A stretch of DNA of 64,000 nucleotides from Lama guanicoe (Eukaryota). A program made the position numbers and the translations under genes. The notes beneath the pieces are model-generated. The model was not told the origin of the DNA. It saw only the letters and a list, made by a program, of their open reading frames with translations, and ran no database searches. This document shows, piece after piece, positions 12,641 through 24,908 of this stretch. The stretch covers positions 5,319,078 to 5,383,077 of the forward strand of contig MU054001.1 in assembly GCA_013239625.1 (NCBI GenBank). Direction: 5' to 3'. Position 1 is the stretch's first letter. Each line of letters opens with the position of its first letter.

Positions 12641-14803
12641 CTCCAAAAATAGCACACTTCTGAAAAAGAAATAAAAATGAGAAAACTCAAAATTAAGTAG
12701 GGGAGATAATCATACAATTAGTAAACAAAGTAGTAAATACAACAATAAAATGTTCACGTCACTCTTGGAGTTCTTGAAGAAGAGCAACTAACTGGGGTGG
12801 AGATGTCAGGACCAACGTATTGGAGGGAGAGATATCTTGATCGATTCTCAAAAGATGAGTAGAATTGAGGGCTGCTCTCCCCCACATCATTTAGCAGTCC
12901 AAAAAAAAAAAATTCAGAGGCTCTCTGCAGAGACTTCATGGGTTTATGTGGCCTCATGGGACATTGAAAGGCTCACGTCGATGCTCACAGCGGAAGTGGC
13001 ATATCCACATACTCCCCAAGGGTGCTTAATTATCAAGGGAAAATAGCAGGCCTGTTACTGAGCTAGCCCAAGCTAGGGCAGTTAAAGTGAGCATTTGCAG
13101 AAATCATTTCTTAATTAGCATCACATCCTTCCTGCCAATTCCAGATCTCCAGTGATATGCAAAGCTGGGTAAGGCCTCCCTGGCATTGATTCCTCAAGGT
13201 TACCTTTTCAGTGTCTCATGTCTGCCTGGTGAGATGAAATTTCTAAACCCCAACTTCACGAGAACCACCCATTCCTTCCCCACCCCCTTCTTGAGCAACC
13301 TCTCAGAACGAGTGTTCTTTTAAAAGAGACAAGGTCTTTGCTGACATCTCTCTTTAGAGAGCTCCATCAGAATCCTGCACTTGCCCAGTGTCCTTTCCTT
13401 GGCCGATCGGTAACCAAGGAAACCAGATACTATGGTAACACGGGGAGGAGAGGAAGGGAAGTATCCACACCCAGAGCCTGCCTTGCTCACTCTCTCCTGT
13501 ATCAAGGCAACTACTAGGGCAAAGAGAGCATCTGTTCTCGGCTTCCTGGGGAGAGGCTCAGAGCCCCCCATGGTGGTGTAATGGCTGACATCCAGAGACT
13601 GGGGCTCCACAACCTGAAGACTGGTGCTCCAAGGCCCCACCAAAACATGTTCTTGCCCTGCCCACTCTAGAACCTATAACACAATTACCCAAACTCCAGA
13701 TGTAAAGGATGCATAGATGTGTATTCGAATGAGTGAAATAATACAGATTAGGATCATTCCTAAGGAAAACCCCAAACAACTGAAACCATGCTGTATGACA
13801 AAATTACCAGTTGTCTGTACACCCTTTAGCAGTGCTGAATTCATCCCATGGTTTTGCCCTGCCTCCAGCCTTCTGCCTCCTCACTCAGCCCCTAGACCAT
13901 CTCTCTTGCTGCTTCTCAGATGCCCTCCTCCTGTAATTTTCTCTGTTTACCTACTTCTCCCTCTGAGGTCTGCCTTCCTGCCTCTATCCATCTCACTCTC
14001 CTCTCTTCCCTGACCCACAGCTCACCTGCCAGTCTCAGGATGGAATGGCTTAAAGAGAAAAATTCCCCGTGTTCTGTGTTGGCTTGGGTCCTGCCATGTA
14101 GAGCACTGTTAATCACCCCTGTGACCTCATTGTGGCCGGGCAAGTTGGTGGGGGCAGAGGACCCTGGGCTGAGACAAATGAGGCCTCTGCTTGAAGGAGG
14201 TCAAAATAGCACAAATTGTGAAACATACTATGAAGCCACAAAGAGTCCAAGTGCAGGGCTCGAAGGCAATGGAGAAATCTGCTATTTGTCTCCAGTCTTT
14301 TGTTTGTTGAATCTTCTTTTACACCCTTAAGAATTCTCATGAGCCTTTTCAAATCTTTTCTTCTGATTCTTACATTAAATATTCCTCAACGGCAGCCCCC
14401 GATCTAATTTTTCAGCACTGACTTCCTCCCTTAGAACAGTGGGCTTCAAATTGTGTGCTCACACAGCCCTATCAGTCAAAACATGTTGAACATGGACCCC
14501 TCCCCTTTCAATGTAACTGCAACTATTTATTTATAAAGCATCTATGGACATCTGTGGACCATTATACTAGTATCTCGTACATGATAAAAATATACCCCAA
14601 AGTGAGACTTAAGATAAAATAATGTTATATCTTTTTCCATCACCCTAATAGACTGTCTAGGGAACCTCATGTTAGTCTACAGAATCCCTTTAATTGACTG
14701 AGGGTCTTGCTTTGTCACCCAAGTCCATGGGTCACGGTTGCCTGAGAGCCCAAGGAGGATCGGCAGGAGGGACAGGGTGTGATAGAATTTCTTTGTCAGA
14801 GAG

Positions 14804-15641
14804 TGTATTCACTTTCTGGGGCTTCTGTAGCAAAGTACTGCAAGTCAGGGGCTTAAACAACAGAAATGTATTGTCTCTGATACATTTGATCTGAGATCAA
14901 GGTGTCGGCAGGGCTGATTCCCTCTGAGGGCTGAGGGAGAACTTGCTCCAGGTCCCTTCCTGGCCTCGGGTGGTTTTCTGGCCATTGCTGGCCTTCCCTG
15001 GCTTGTAGGTGCATCCCTCTGAGCTCTGCCTTCATCTTCACATGGCATGCTCTCTGTGCACCTGTCTGTCTCTACGTCCAAATTTTCCCTTTTCATAAAG
15101 ATGCAGTTATATTGGATGAGGACTCATCCTAATATGGGTCTTTATCGTAATGTCGTGATCTTGATCATTCTATTTCCAAATAAGGTCACTGTTATGGACA
15201 CTATTGTGTCCCCACCCCCAAAAGTTCACATGTTGAAACCCTATTCCCCAATGTGACTGTATTTAGAGATAGGGGCTTTAACGAGGTAATCAAGGTTGAA
15301 TGAAGTCATAAAGGCAGGACACTAATCCTATATGATTGGTATCCTTCTAAGAAGAGGAGGAGATGCCAGGAGGGGGCATGTACAGAGGAAAGACTATGTG
15401 AGAACATGGTAAGAAGGCAGCCATCGGCAAGCCAAGGAGAGAGCCTTGGAGAAACCAGTCCTGCCAAAGCCTTGATCTTGGGCATCAAGCCTCCAGAACT
15501 GTGAGGGTAACTTTCTGCTGTTGAAACCTCTAGGCGGTGGTATTTTGTATGTCAGCTCTGGCAAACTAATACAGTCACATTCACAGGTACTGGGGGTTAG
15601 AATTTCAACAGCTCTCTGGGGACACAAGTGAACTCACAATA
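14804..15641 (-). mobile_element. MaLR LTR (MLT1C-like) split by a nested LTR
   Basis: 'ggcttaaacaacagaaatgtattgtctc...gagatcaaggtgtcggcagggc...ctatttccaaataaggtcac | attcacaggtactgggggttag'. Confidence 0.88.
15190..15573 (+). mobile_element. MaLR solo LTR (MLT1A/B-like), complete, 384 bp
   Basis: tgttatgg...actaataca termini; perfect 5-bp TSD gtcac at 15185-15189 and 15574-15578. Confidence 0.92.
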
Positions 15642-16889
15642 AGGGACTCATGGTAAACGGGACAACAAGCCAGGGCCTTTAGACCGAGATGCAGGCATGA
15701 TGCAGCCCGGAGAGGCAGGAAAGGGCCCCCCTGCCAGGCTGCCGGCCACCAGGGCGCGGGATGCCTTCTCTCTGAAGGCTGCCATCACCAGACACAGGGC
15801 TACTCTCAGGCCTGGGGCTCTGGCCAGCCACTAGTTCTGGAAAAGTCTACATTCCCCAAAGCAGTTTCACACTGTCTTTTATTCTAAGGTTCCCAAAACA
15901 CTTTGGAGCTGTTATTTCTAGAAGAAACTGCTGCTCTGAAAAAAAAAAAAAACAAACTGTCTGCATTTGAAACAGCGACACGGGCAGGCTGCTCCTGGGA
16001 GAGCAAGGACACGCCCTCCCAAGTTCTGATGGAAAGGAAGCCAGATTGGGGCGTTTGTTTCCTAAACCAGAATTGAACGTTTATTACTTGTTCTATTTAA
16101 TTGTGACCCAAGAGGTTTGCTAACATTGCACATTCTGTCTGCAGTGCCTGCTTAATTTTGGTATTAAAGAGACAGAGTCGCTATATAGTTACCAAGTAAC
16201 AAGTGTTTAAACGTCAATAAATAACATTTCTAATAATAAGGTTCTGAAATGCATAGATCACATCTCCCTGTTCATTCTCTAAGAAAAACATTTTAATTAT
16301 CTATTGACAAGTATTGCACATGGAGCAACCGTCTTTTTAAAAGATAAATGGGTTTATAGGCGAGTTGGGTTAATTAAAAGCCAGTGGAGTATTACAAGTG
16401 TATTTACTGGGGAATATTCACTGTAGGAGAGGAACGGTTCTTACACAGTTGTCAGAATTCTGTAAATGTATTGTTTAATAACCACTTGGCACTTAATTAT
16501 AGGGAGACGGTGAGAGCTTAAATCTAACCGGAGTGCACTCCAGTTATCTCTTCTACATACATGGCTTCTCTTCAGCTGCACAGATTTTCCAAGTGAGACG
16601 ACACCAAGGCAGGATCTGATGTCTGAACAAATGCTGGCCAGAAGCTTCTCAGGTCCCTGAGTCTGTCGTGAGAATACACTGGTTCTGATCGTGGAAACCA
16701 AGAGGGGAAGTTCAGATTCAGCTCCAGAGGTGAGGCCAATTCGAAGGCAGCTCTACAGGACCAAGTAAAAATGTCTTATCATCATGGTGCTCAAGGGTCT
16801 TCACCATCGAGCTCTTGCCCAATTTTTTAAGATGTTCCACTCCCCACTCTGGCTCTAAAACCCAGTATGTGTCTCACCAGCCCCACGTC

Positions 16890-17085
16890 CCCCCTGCCAC
16901 AAGGAAAGCCATGTTCCAGAGAACAGCTGCTCCATCAGTTTGAGCCCACAGGAAAAAGGGACAATAAACCCCCTGCCGGACTACAGTGACAACCCAGCAC
17001 AGGCAAAAAAATAACCCTTGTTGTTTAAGTCACAGAGATGTGGGAAGTGTTTGTTATTCCAGCAGAACTTAGCCTATCCTGACTC
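16890..17085 (+). mobile_element. MLT1-type LTR 3' fragment
   Basis: 'aataacccttgttgtttaagtcacagagatgtgggaagtgtttgttattccagcagaacttagcctatcctgact'. Confidence 0.65.
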
Positions 17086-18629
17086 TCATATGCTTTGCCA
17101 GTCTTGGAGCTTGGCATAGAGAGGATCCTCTGTGGATTTCCGACAATGAATAAATGCATGAGCCCCACCAATGAGTCTTGTCTTTCTTCTCCTCTGCAGT
17201 ATTATTAGGTCCTGGGAATCACCTCCAGGCTTCTGGGGGACATTAAAGGTCTCTCTCTGTGTGGTATGAGCAAGAAGACCCACCACTGAGCTGAGAAGCT
17301 TGAGTTCCGGGGTCGACTCAGAACCCACTAAAGCACACTGATCTGTGGTTATTATTGTGAACAACTTGGCTGTTGTGATGGGTTTGGGTAAAGAGTCAGA
17401 GGAGAAATGAGATACTGAAACAAGCGTCTGTGTGTGTGTGCACAGGTGCGCACACGCAAGTTCACGTGCACTCGCCTTCCCATCATCCATTCTCTTGCCC
17501 CTGGTAATGACACTCCAACCTGGGGGGAGACCAAATCCCACCCCCATCTGAGGTCTTGAGGTTTGGGTGGCATTGACCACACCTCAAGTTCTAGGAGTGG
17601 ATGTAAATTGTCAAGATCACAAAACCAGATAATGACAGAGCCAAAACAAGAACCAAAGTCTCCCAATCTTGGACCTAATCCATCATTTTACCTGGATTGT
17701 TGAGCTTCTGCTCTGAGCCACTCCCAGGTTCTGGGACTTTAGTGGTGAGAAAACGTGATGGAAACTCTGCTGTCAGATGTGCAGACGCAATCCAATGTGC
17801 TCTCCACCCAGACACCACCCCCACCCTCCTATCCAGATGCCCCTACTTCCCCAAATCCTCTGCTGACTGCCTCAACCATCACTGACCCTGCTCTCTTTTC
17901 TGAACTCCTTCTGCCACAGGCCCAGTACATGAACAGACAAAAGTTGGACAAATCACCCAAAGGAATGGCCAGTAGGGGCGAGGGTTCCATGGCATAGAAG
18001 AGGAGGACTAGTGGATATCAGGGTGATGCTCCTTCATGGCACACCACAAACTCCCCATTGGAGCTAGAGCTGCCTGGCCCCAGGACACTCAATGAGTTGT
18101 CTCCTCACCCCAGATCAGGGAGTTCCTGGCTGGCCCCTCCAACCACAACACCTCTGACCAGACCTTAACACTGGTTCCCCACCTCCAGTGAAGGAAAACA
18201 GAAAGTCCTGGAAGTGACAGGGCCCTAAACCACTCTGTTGGAAACAGAGTCATTGGAAGCCACAGGGAGAAGGAATGGGCCAAGAAGCTGATTGCATTGC
18301 CCTTGGCAACCACACGTCCCAGCAGGTTGAGTCAATACTGCAACACTCACTGGGATGCGGTTTCCTGAAGCTCACAGAAGAAATCTATATTGTTCTCAGG
18401 AGCAACCAACCTTTCTGCAGGCAGCACGTGTCCCCTCCAGTCTGCAGGCAGCTTAAATGGACAAAGAAACCCAGCCCCCCAGACCGATAGCCAAAGGGGA
18501 ATATGGCATTTCACCTGCACGCTGTTCCTCTCCTTCATCCCACAGCCATACCTCTCAGCCCCACAGTAGCAGTGGCCTCCAGACTGAAAGATAATATTCC
18601 TTTTAATCTCTCTCTTTTCCAATCCAGCC

Positions 18630-18965
18630 TAATAAGAGTAGCTAACATGACTGAGCCCTTATCATACGTGAGACTGTCTAGAAGATACTTTTCAAGTATT
18701 AACTCATTTGATTCTCAGAAAACTCAACTCTAGTGGTCGATATTAGTAGTCCCATTTTTGGCTGAGGACTGAAGCACAGAGCAGTTAAGTAACTCACTCA
18801 AAGTCACACAGCCTATCCTTTGGAACCAGACCAATCAAGATCAAGTTTTCAGTTCTAACCCATTCTAGCTCTGTGACTTGGACAAGCAATCCAGCCTCTC
18901 TGATCTTGTGTTCTTCATCTGTAATATGGATATGATGGCAACGGTAACTAACTTATAGGTTATGG
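18630..18965. mobile_element. Two MIRs in opposite orientation (-, ~18630-18815; +, ~18855-18965)
   Basis: MIR core 'actgaagcacagagcagttaagtaactcactcaaagtcacacagc' and 'ctgtgacttggacaagc...ttcttcatctgtaatatgg'. Confidence 0.7.
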
Positions 18966-18999
18966 GTAATTCCCAGGGTTCAGTTTTATGACCCATCAC

Positions 19000-19345
19000 C
19001 CTTTCCATCCCCACTGCCCACCCTCCTCTGAGTTGTAGCAATACCAAATTCTTTTCAGTTGCCCGTCTGTGCCCTGCACATCTTGACTCCCTCAGCCTGG
19101 AGTATTTCCTACCCCCTCTTATCTGGCCAGCTCCTTCCCACCTCTCAGGTCTTCACTGGATGTGCCTCCTCTGAGAAGCCTTCCCTGTACCTCCTACCAT
19201 GGTTGCCATCACATTCAACTGTGACTGTCCCCTGACATGTGCTCCACTGGCTTGTGAGCTCTGTGATTCCCATCCTGAATCCATGATGTCTACCAAGGTG
19301 CCTGGAATAAGTCAGTAAATATTTGCTGCACAAATGACTAAATGA
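19000..19345 (+). mobile_element. L2 3' region
   Basis: 'gcctcctctgagaagccttccctg...gtcagtaaatatttgctgcacaaatgactaaatgaa'. Confidence 0.65.
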
Positions 19346-19451
19346 AAATTTCTCTTTATTGATATTGATATTCTTTCTTTGTTCCTCTTAAGAAAGAGCA
19401 GCAGCCATGCTTTACTATCTGTCTCTAAATTCCCCTCTATGCCCGGCATAG

Positions 19452-19538
19452 CAGAGCTGGGACTAGAGGGAGGCCAGTGAGGTGCCTTAGGGCACAAAAT
19501 GTAAGGAGGCAGGGACTCAGCATCGAGCAAGTGCAAGG
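19452..19538. mobile_element. MER53-like hAT MITE, one arm only
   Basis: 'cagagctgggactagagggaggccagtgaggtgccttagggcacaaaatgtaaggaggca...caagtgcaagg' matches one arm of the palindromic MER53 as recalled. Confidence 0.65.
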
Positions 19539-20004
19539 TGGGCTCAGAAGTCCTTCGTTAATGACATCTAATTTCAATTAATGGATGGCCCAAGAGTACA
19601 GTTATAAATCTCCATCTCCATCCTCAAGGAGTTCTCAGGCTCATGATGATTTATTTTCATCATCAAAGACTGACAGAGCCACACCTACCAGCTTCCTTTG
19701 GGCCCCTCTCTGGTGCCACCCCCATCATCTGACACTCTGCTCTGGACTCACACGTGAACCAGGCTGTGGGAGACAAGGATGTTCATGGAGACCAAGGAAA
19801 CGTGATGGGTAAGCACGAGGGGTGAGCTGAAGTCAGACAGGCAGAGAGGGAGACAAGAACATTCCAGGCAGAAAACTGGATGAAGACAGAAGAATGCCAA
19901 GTTCATCAGAGGCCCCACGGAAACCTTCTGACTGGGACGCAGTCTACAACCCAGTGAGCATGGCCAAAAAAGGCAGCAGCAACCGCTCTCCTTTGCATGA
20001 AGCC

Positions 20005-20160
20005 TGTGAAGTATTTTCCCATCCACTTTTCTCATCTGACCTCCACAACAAAGGAATTCTAATTACTCCCATTTTATTGATGAGGACACTGATGTTTATA
20101 AATCAAGTGGCTTGCTTCAGGCACAAAACCAGTAAGGTTGGGTCTGAAGCCTTGTTTAGC
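20005..20160 (-). mobile_element. MIR
   Basis: 'attactcccattttattgatgaggacactgatg...aagtggcttgcttcagg'. Confidence 0.6.
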
Positions 20161-20439
20161 TCCTCTTCCAGTTCCCACCTTCAAGGTCTGGTGGTGACAT
20201 CTACTGCCCAGGTGCCCCACACCTAGCATCACATCATACCTCCCATGGAGTGTTTGTGGGACCAGAGATTCTTGTGACCTGGATTTAAAGACTCTTTTCT
20301 GAGAGGGGCTGCAAAGCACTTGGGATTGCAGTCTTTCTGTGAAGCAACTGAACGGAGGTCCCGGAGGACCAGGAGGAAAGTGACTTGTCCCGTTCCTCTG
20401 GCTTCTTGCTCTGTCCAAATGGAATAGCAGAGGCTTCCG

Positions 20440-21310
20440 AGGCAGCGCCTGGGCTTCAGTGAAAACAGCGATTCAAAGGCTCTCTGGCAAACAATGCGGA
20501 CAGCATGTCACTGCTCTCTGATGTGTCATCCGGACCTCCATGCATTCAGCCGAGGGACAACGGCGACCGCCGCCTTTGTCGGTACCGGTGGAAGAACAAA
20601 ACAGGATGGATTAGCTAGTCCCCTGCTGGTGGCTAGATGGGAGCCTGAAATTCAGCTCTGAGGGCTCCTTAACTCCAGGGGTCAAGACGTTAGCAGTGTC
20701 CAGAGCCAGCCCTGCATGGCTCCCGTCGCTGACAGCCCGCCGAAGGGCCCGGTGGGCTGCTGGGAGGTCACAGCGGGGCGTTTCCATTTTAACCCCATTG
20801 TTTAGCCAAATGAAGCCAAGATGTTCCTGCTCTCCACTGGAGAAGTCAGCCCGGTTTCAATAATTTCTGAGCGCTGACAGATAATTCAGAGATATTGGAC
20901 ATTTCACCACCTGGGGACTGCCCTTCCCTACGACAGCAATCAGTTACTGCCTGCCAACCAGGGGCCATGCGGAGGCCCTGGGCCCCCTCACGTCTTTACG
21001 ATCAGGCTCCAGCGTCTTGGAAAATATTGCTTGAATTTATTTATATAATCACGTTAGGAAGGCAGTGAGTTATTGTGAAGTCAGCATTCTTCCATCTTCC
21101 TTCCCAGTAATCCTTTGTTTGAGATTCCGCTCGAAGGACTCCGATTACTAATGTAATTACATGCTACCTGGTAAAGGGTAATCCAAAAAAAAAATTAAAC
21201 CCCTCCACATAATGTATTTTTCACTCAGAGCCACCCTGCTCCTAAAACTGAGTGCTGACATAAATCAATTAGCTACTGATTTTATGACTACCTGCATTTA
21301 AGAACACATA
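20440..21310. promoter_or_regulatory. Candidate enhancer / conserved non-coding element
   Basis: Repeat-free, CpG-retaining; TCF/LEF, SOX, MEIS, K50-homeodomain and PBX-HOX-type motifs (see findings). Confidence 0.4.
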
Positions 21311-21829
21311 GGCTTTTGACACCACCCTCATCTTAAAGGTGAATGCTGCCTCTCATTTGGAGCGCTAGTCTTTCACTCATCTCTGAGTAAAAGCAAACAC
21401 TCTGAATAGGGTTGATCTGAATAACAAGCGAACACAAGACTGCCACCAAGCTGGACAACACATGTGCATTTTTGTCCTGGTGTCACTAAAACTGAAGGCT
21501 TCAGGCTGCCTCCTTGACATTTGCGGCCCTAATAACATGCCCTTTTTCTTCCATTCACCATAGAAGAAACGTGAAAACAAGTAAAATGGCCCTGCAGTCT
21601 CCAAGAATATTCTTCTCAGAGTGGTTCAGAAAGCACGACATTGAACCTGTGGATTGTAATCCTAGGACATTCTTTGATTCCTCAATAAATAATATTATAA
21701 AAATCACCTGAACACTATTTATTGGGTTTCATGAGCCTATACACCAACTGCACAGGCTTAACTGTGGTTACAGAACAAAATATAAAGATTATTCAACTTA
21801 ACAATATAACAGAAAGATACAGCCTACTT

Positions 21830-22500
21830 GAATGGGTGGAGGGGGTTGGGAAGGAATTAAAAAGCAAGTAGTATTATCTGTGATGAATGAAAGAAGAAAT
21901 GGAGGTCTTAGAATGTGGCTGAAGCTGCAGAGGTGATCAGTAAGGAAGAATAGTGATTTCATTGCAATTGGAGGAGAAGAGATAGAAAGTGAAGGCTGAT
22001 GTCAGGAAGCTAAAATTTTTACTATGGGAGGAAGTCAAAAGACAGTGCCTAGAATTGATCAGTCAAAAATCAACAGTATAATTATATCAGTGAGACCTAT
22101 GGAAGAAAGTGCTGGAACTAAAAGCAGAAACCATTAAAGCAGTGGTTTCAATGTATCCAAGTCAAAATAGTGACTGCTCTTGAATGCAGGGTGGAGAGTG
22201 GCTTCTGGGTACTGGTTGTGCTCCATTTCTTGATCTGGGTGCAAGTTACAAGAGTATTCACTTTGTGAAAATCACCAGCTACATACCTGTGATGTATACG
22301 ATTTTTCCAATTGTAGAGCATATTTCAACTAAAATGGTCATTTTAAAACTGGCTACCTCTGGGGAGCAGGACTAAGAGGAATGAGGGGAGAGACAGGGCA
22401 TTATTGTTATTTCATGATCAGCCCAGCTGATTATTCAGCCCAATTTGATTACTTTTAGTCATGCAAGGTATTAGTTGCATGCAAATTAATTATTTTTATG
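21830..22500 (+). mobile_element. Ancient HAL1/L1ME-type 3' remnant with a nested L1ME 3' end (~22150-22345)
   Basis: 'tttcttgatctgggtgcaagttacaagagtattcactttgtgaaaatcaccagct'; host motif 'ggctacctctggggagcagg'. Confidence 0.55.
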
Positions 22501-22599
22501 CTTTTTCACACTGGACCCTCAGGTGACGTCTCAGATGTGAGAAGTTCCATGTCCCTTAAAAGCAAAATTCCATAAGTTTGTATAAAGTGCTGGATGATG

Positions 22600-22700
22600 G
22601 AGATCAGTGACTTGGGGAAGTGCTTTCTGAACATCAGAGCTCCCAGAAACTTGGGTAGTGAGTTCGCTGTCACTGGAGATGCTCAAGTCAGAGAGATCAA
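22600..22700 (+). mobile_element. L3/CR1 fragment
   Basis: 'ggaagtgctttctgaacatcagagct...ggtagtgagttcgctgtcactggagatgctcaag' CR1 3' motif. Confidence 0.55.
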
Positions 22701-23176
22701 GAAGGATCTCTGCCCGGGGACCATGGGGGCAATTTGCTTATTGCTGAGACTCTGCAACACGGGGACACATTCATGGGCTGCACACACTTTGGTTTGGAGC
22801 ACCTGCATTTTTTCTTTTTCTTTCTTTCTTTTTTTTTTTTCCCCAAGCTTTTTGGTCCAGAAAGAAAACTCAAAAGGTCAAGAATTCCAATGGAAAAATA
22901 CTCCTTACAAATGGGACAGGATCAGAACCAGAAAGAGGAGGTTCAAAGGAAGCCCTTTTTCTCCACATTGGCATTGAAGGTGAGCAGCCAGGAGGGTGAC
23001 CCTGGGGAAGAGAATATGCTAGCTGGATGGAGAGATGCTTCACCACCTGGGGACCGCCCTTTGCCACCACAACTATCAGTTACTGCCTGCTAAGCAGGGG
23101 CCAGGAGGATGGCTAATGGCATCAGGCTTCCAAGGGCTAGGAATTTAGGATACCTTCTTCTCTGAGACCTCTACCT

Positions 23177-23498
23177 CGGGAGGTCAGCAAATGTGGCCCA
23201 GAGGCCAAACCTGGCCCCCTGCCTGTTTCTGAACAACCTGTAAACCAAGAATGGCTTGACATTTTTAAATGGTTGAAAAATATCAAAAGAGAAATAACAC
23301 ACGTCATGACACATGAAAATGATATGAAATTTAAATTTCAATGTCTATAAACAAAGTTTTATTAGAACACGGTAGCACTCAGCATTGAACATATTGTCTC
23401 TGGCTGCCTTTGCTACAATAGCAGGGGTGGAGTGGTTTCAACGCAAAGCCGAAAATATCTCTTATCAGGTCCTTTCCAGAAAAGTTTGCCAAGCCCTG
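23177..23498. mobile_element. MER58B-like hAT-Charlie MITE
   Basis: Terminal inverted repeats 'cgggaggtcagcaaa' / 'tttgccaagccctg'; internal 'aaagttttattagaacac...catattgtctctggctgc'. Confidence 0.8.
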
Positions 23499-24649
23499 CT
23501 CCAGACTATGGCTAGTAAAATAACCTGTGTTTATCTAGCGCTTTTAACTCCCAGTCTTACTTTGTCATTATTTTCTCGTTTAACATGCTGTAGGAGGAAT
23601 TTAGAATCAGAATTGGAAGCAAAGAAATTAGCAATCATGGAATGTTAACAGGCCCTCATTGGCAGACTCCCTCACCCTTACTCCCCAGTTTCAGGGTCCT
23701 GAGACAGTGCCCCTCCTGGCAGGCAGGTGGGAAGAGGAACTCGGGAACTCAAGGGCCAGAACTCAAGCACCAGAGCCTTGACCCACCCTGAAGATAAGGC
23801 AGAATGGTCCTACCTCAGCTCATCAAACTGCTGATTTACTGAACTCATGGAGGCTTTGTTGAGGGAGATTATAATTTGCCCCCAATCCTCCTGCTGCTTC
23901 TAAAAACAAGTGGGTTCTTCCTTAAGCACACCCAGTCTTTTCTGCTGTTGCAGAACAACACCCTGTTCTGATTTTTGGTAGGAAAATGACTAAGGAGAAC
24001 CACTGTGATCTGGTTCCTTTAGGGTTTCACAGCCCCTGAGGAAGAGGCAGGACACAGCTAAACATTGACAGATTCTTCAGTTACTGGATAAAGTGGACTA
24101 TGGGAGTGTTTCTTGTCTGACAAGTTGGTTTTGGGTGAGTTGACTCTTGCTAGCTTCCAAACAAAGCTCAAATCTGAGGCAGGATTTTGGAGCCCACTTA
24201 TTTGGGGAACTCTCTGTGGCAAATGAATGCTAAGGAGCAAGGCCAGGCCCCAGAAGAAGGCCCCAGTCCCTCAGCTAGGTCCAGCTGGCCGGCGAGCTTA
24301 GCTCCCAGCTGTGTGCCCGAACATGGCCTCCCAGTGGGCAGGGCATTTCTCCAGTAGGCCTGGTGGTTGTCTTGGAGACCAAGAGCTCCAGGGAGAGGGG
24401 AGGTACTTGCAGCCTCTCCGGGCTTCTCTGGGGACAAAGGCAGAGTCCCTAAGTAGTGGCCCTTTTACCCAAACAGCAGCTTCCTTCCTGACACAATGAA
24501 CAGTATTCATCAGATAAATTTATCTCAGAGAAGTTGGACCCCAGTCTGTCACCCCTACAAGCCCCACCTTTGCCCATCCCCAGCCGCTATGTGCAGTCAG
24601 TGAGGAGCTCTGACCCGGGACACCTGTACCTCCACTTGCTCACCTCACC

Positions 24650-24908
24650 TGTTAATGGCTGAGTTCTGAAATCAACCCACCTGGATTCCAATCCTGGCTC
24701 CTTGTGCGCTAGCAGTGTCACCTGAGTGAATAATGTCACTCCTGTAAACCTCAGTTTCCTTATCTGTAAATCTATAAGATAGAGTTGTTGTTGTTGTTGT
24801 TTTAATATTCCTAATTCAGAGAGTAGGGAGGATTCATTGAGATAATGCACTTAAAGCACTTGGCACAGTACGTAGCCCACAGAGGCAAACACCATGCTAT
24901 TAATATTT
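24650..24908 (+). mobile_element. Near full-length MIR with a (TTG)n tract
   Basis: 'cctggattccaatcctggctcc...cctcagtttccttatctgtaaa...gagataatgcacttaaagcacttggcacagt'. Confidence 0.8.

Noticed and set aside
18630..18965. Inverted MIR pair as a dsRNA or miRNA hairpin
   Set aside because: The arms look too diverged for a long duplex, and such pairs are common in MIR-rich DNA.
20616..20633. CTCF-like site (ccagcaggggac on the minus strand)
   Set aside because: Mismatch in the GGC core; not distinguishable from chance without a PWM scan or ChIP.
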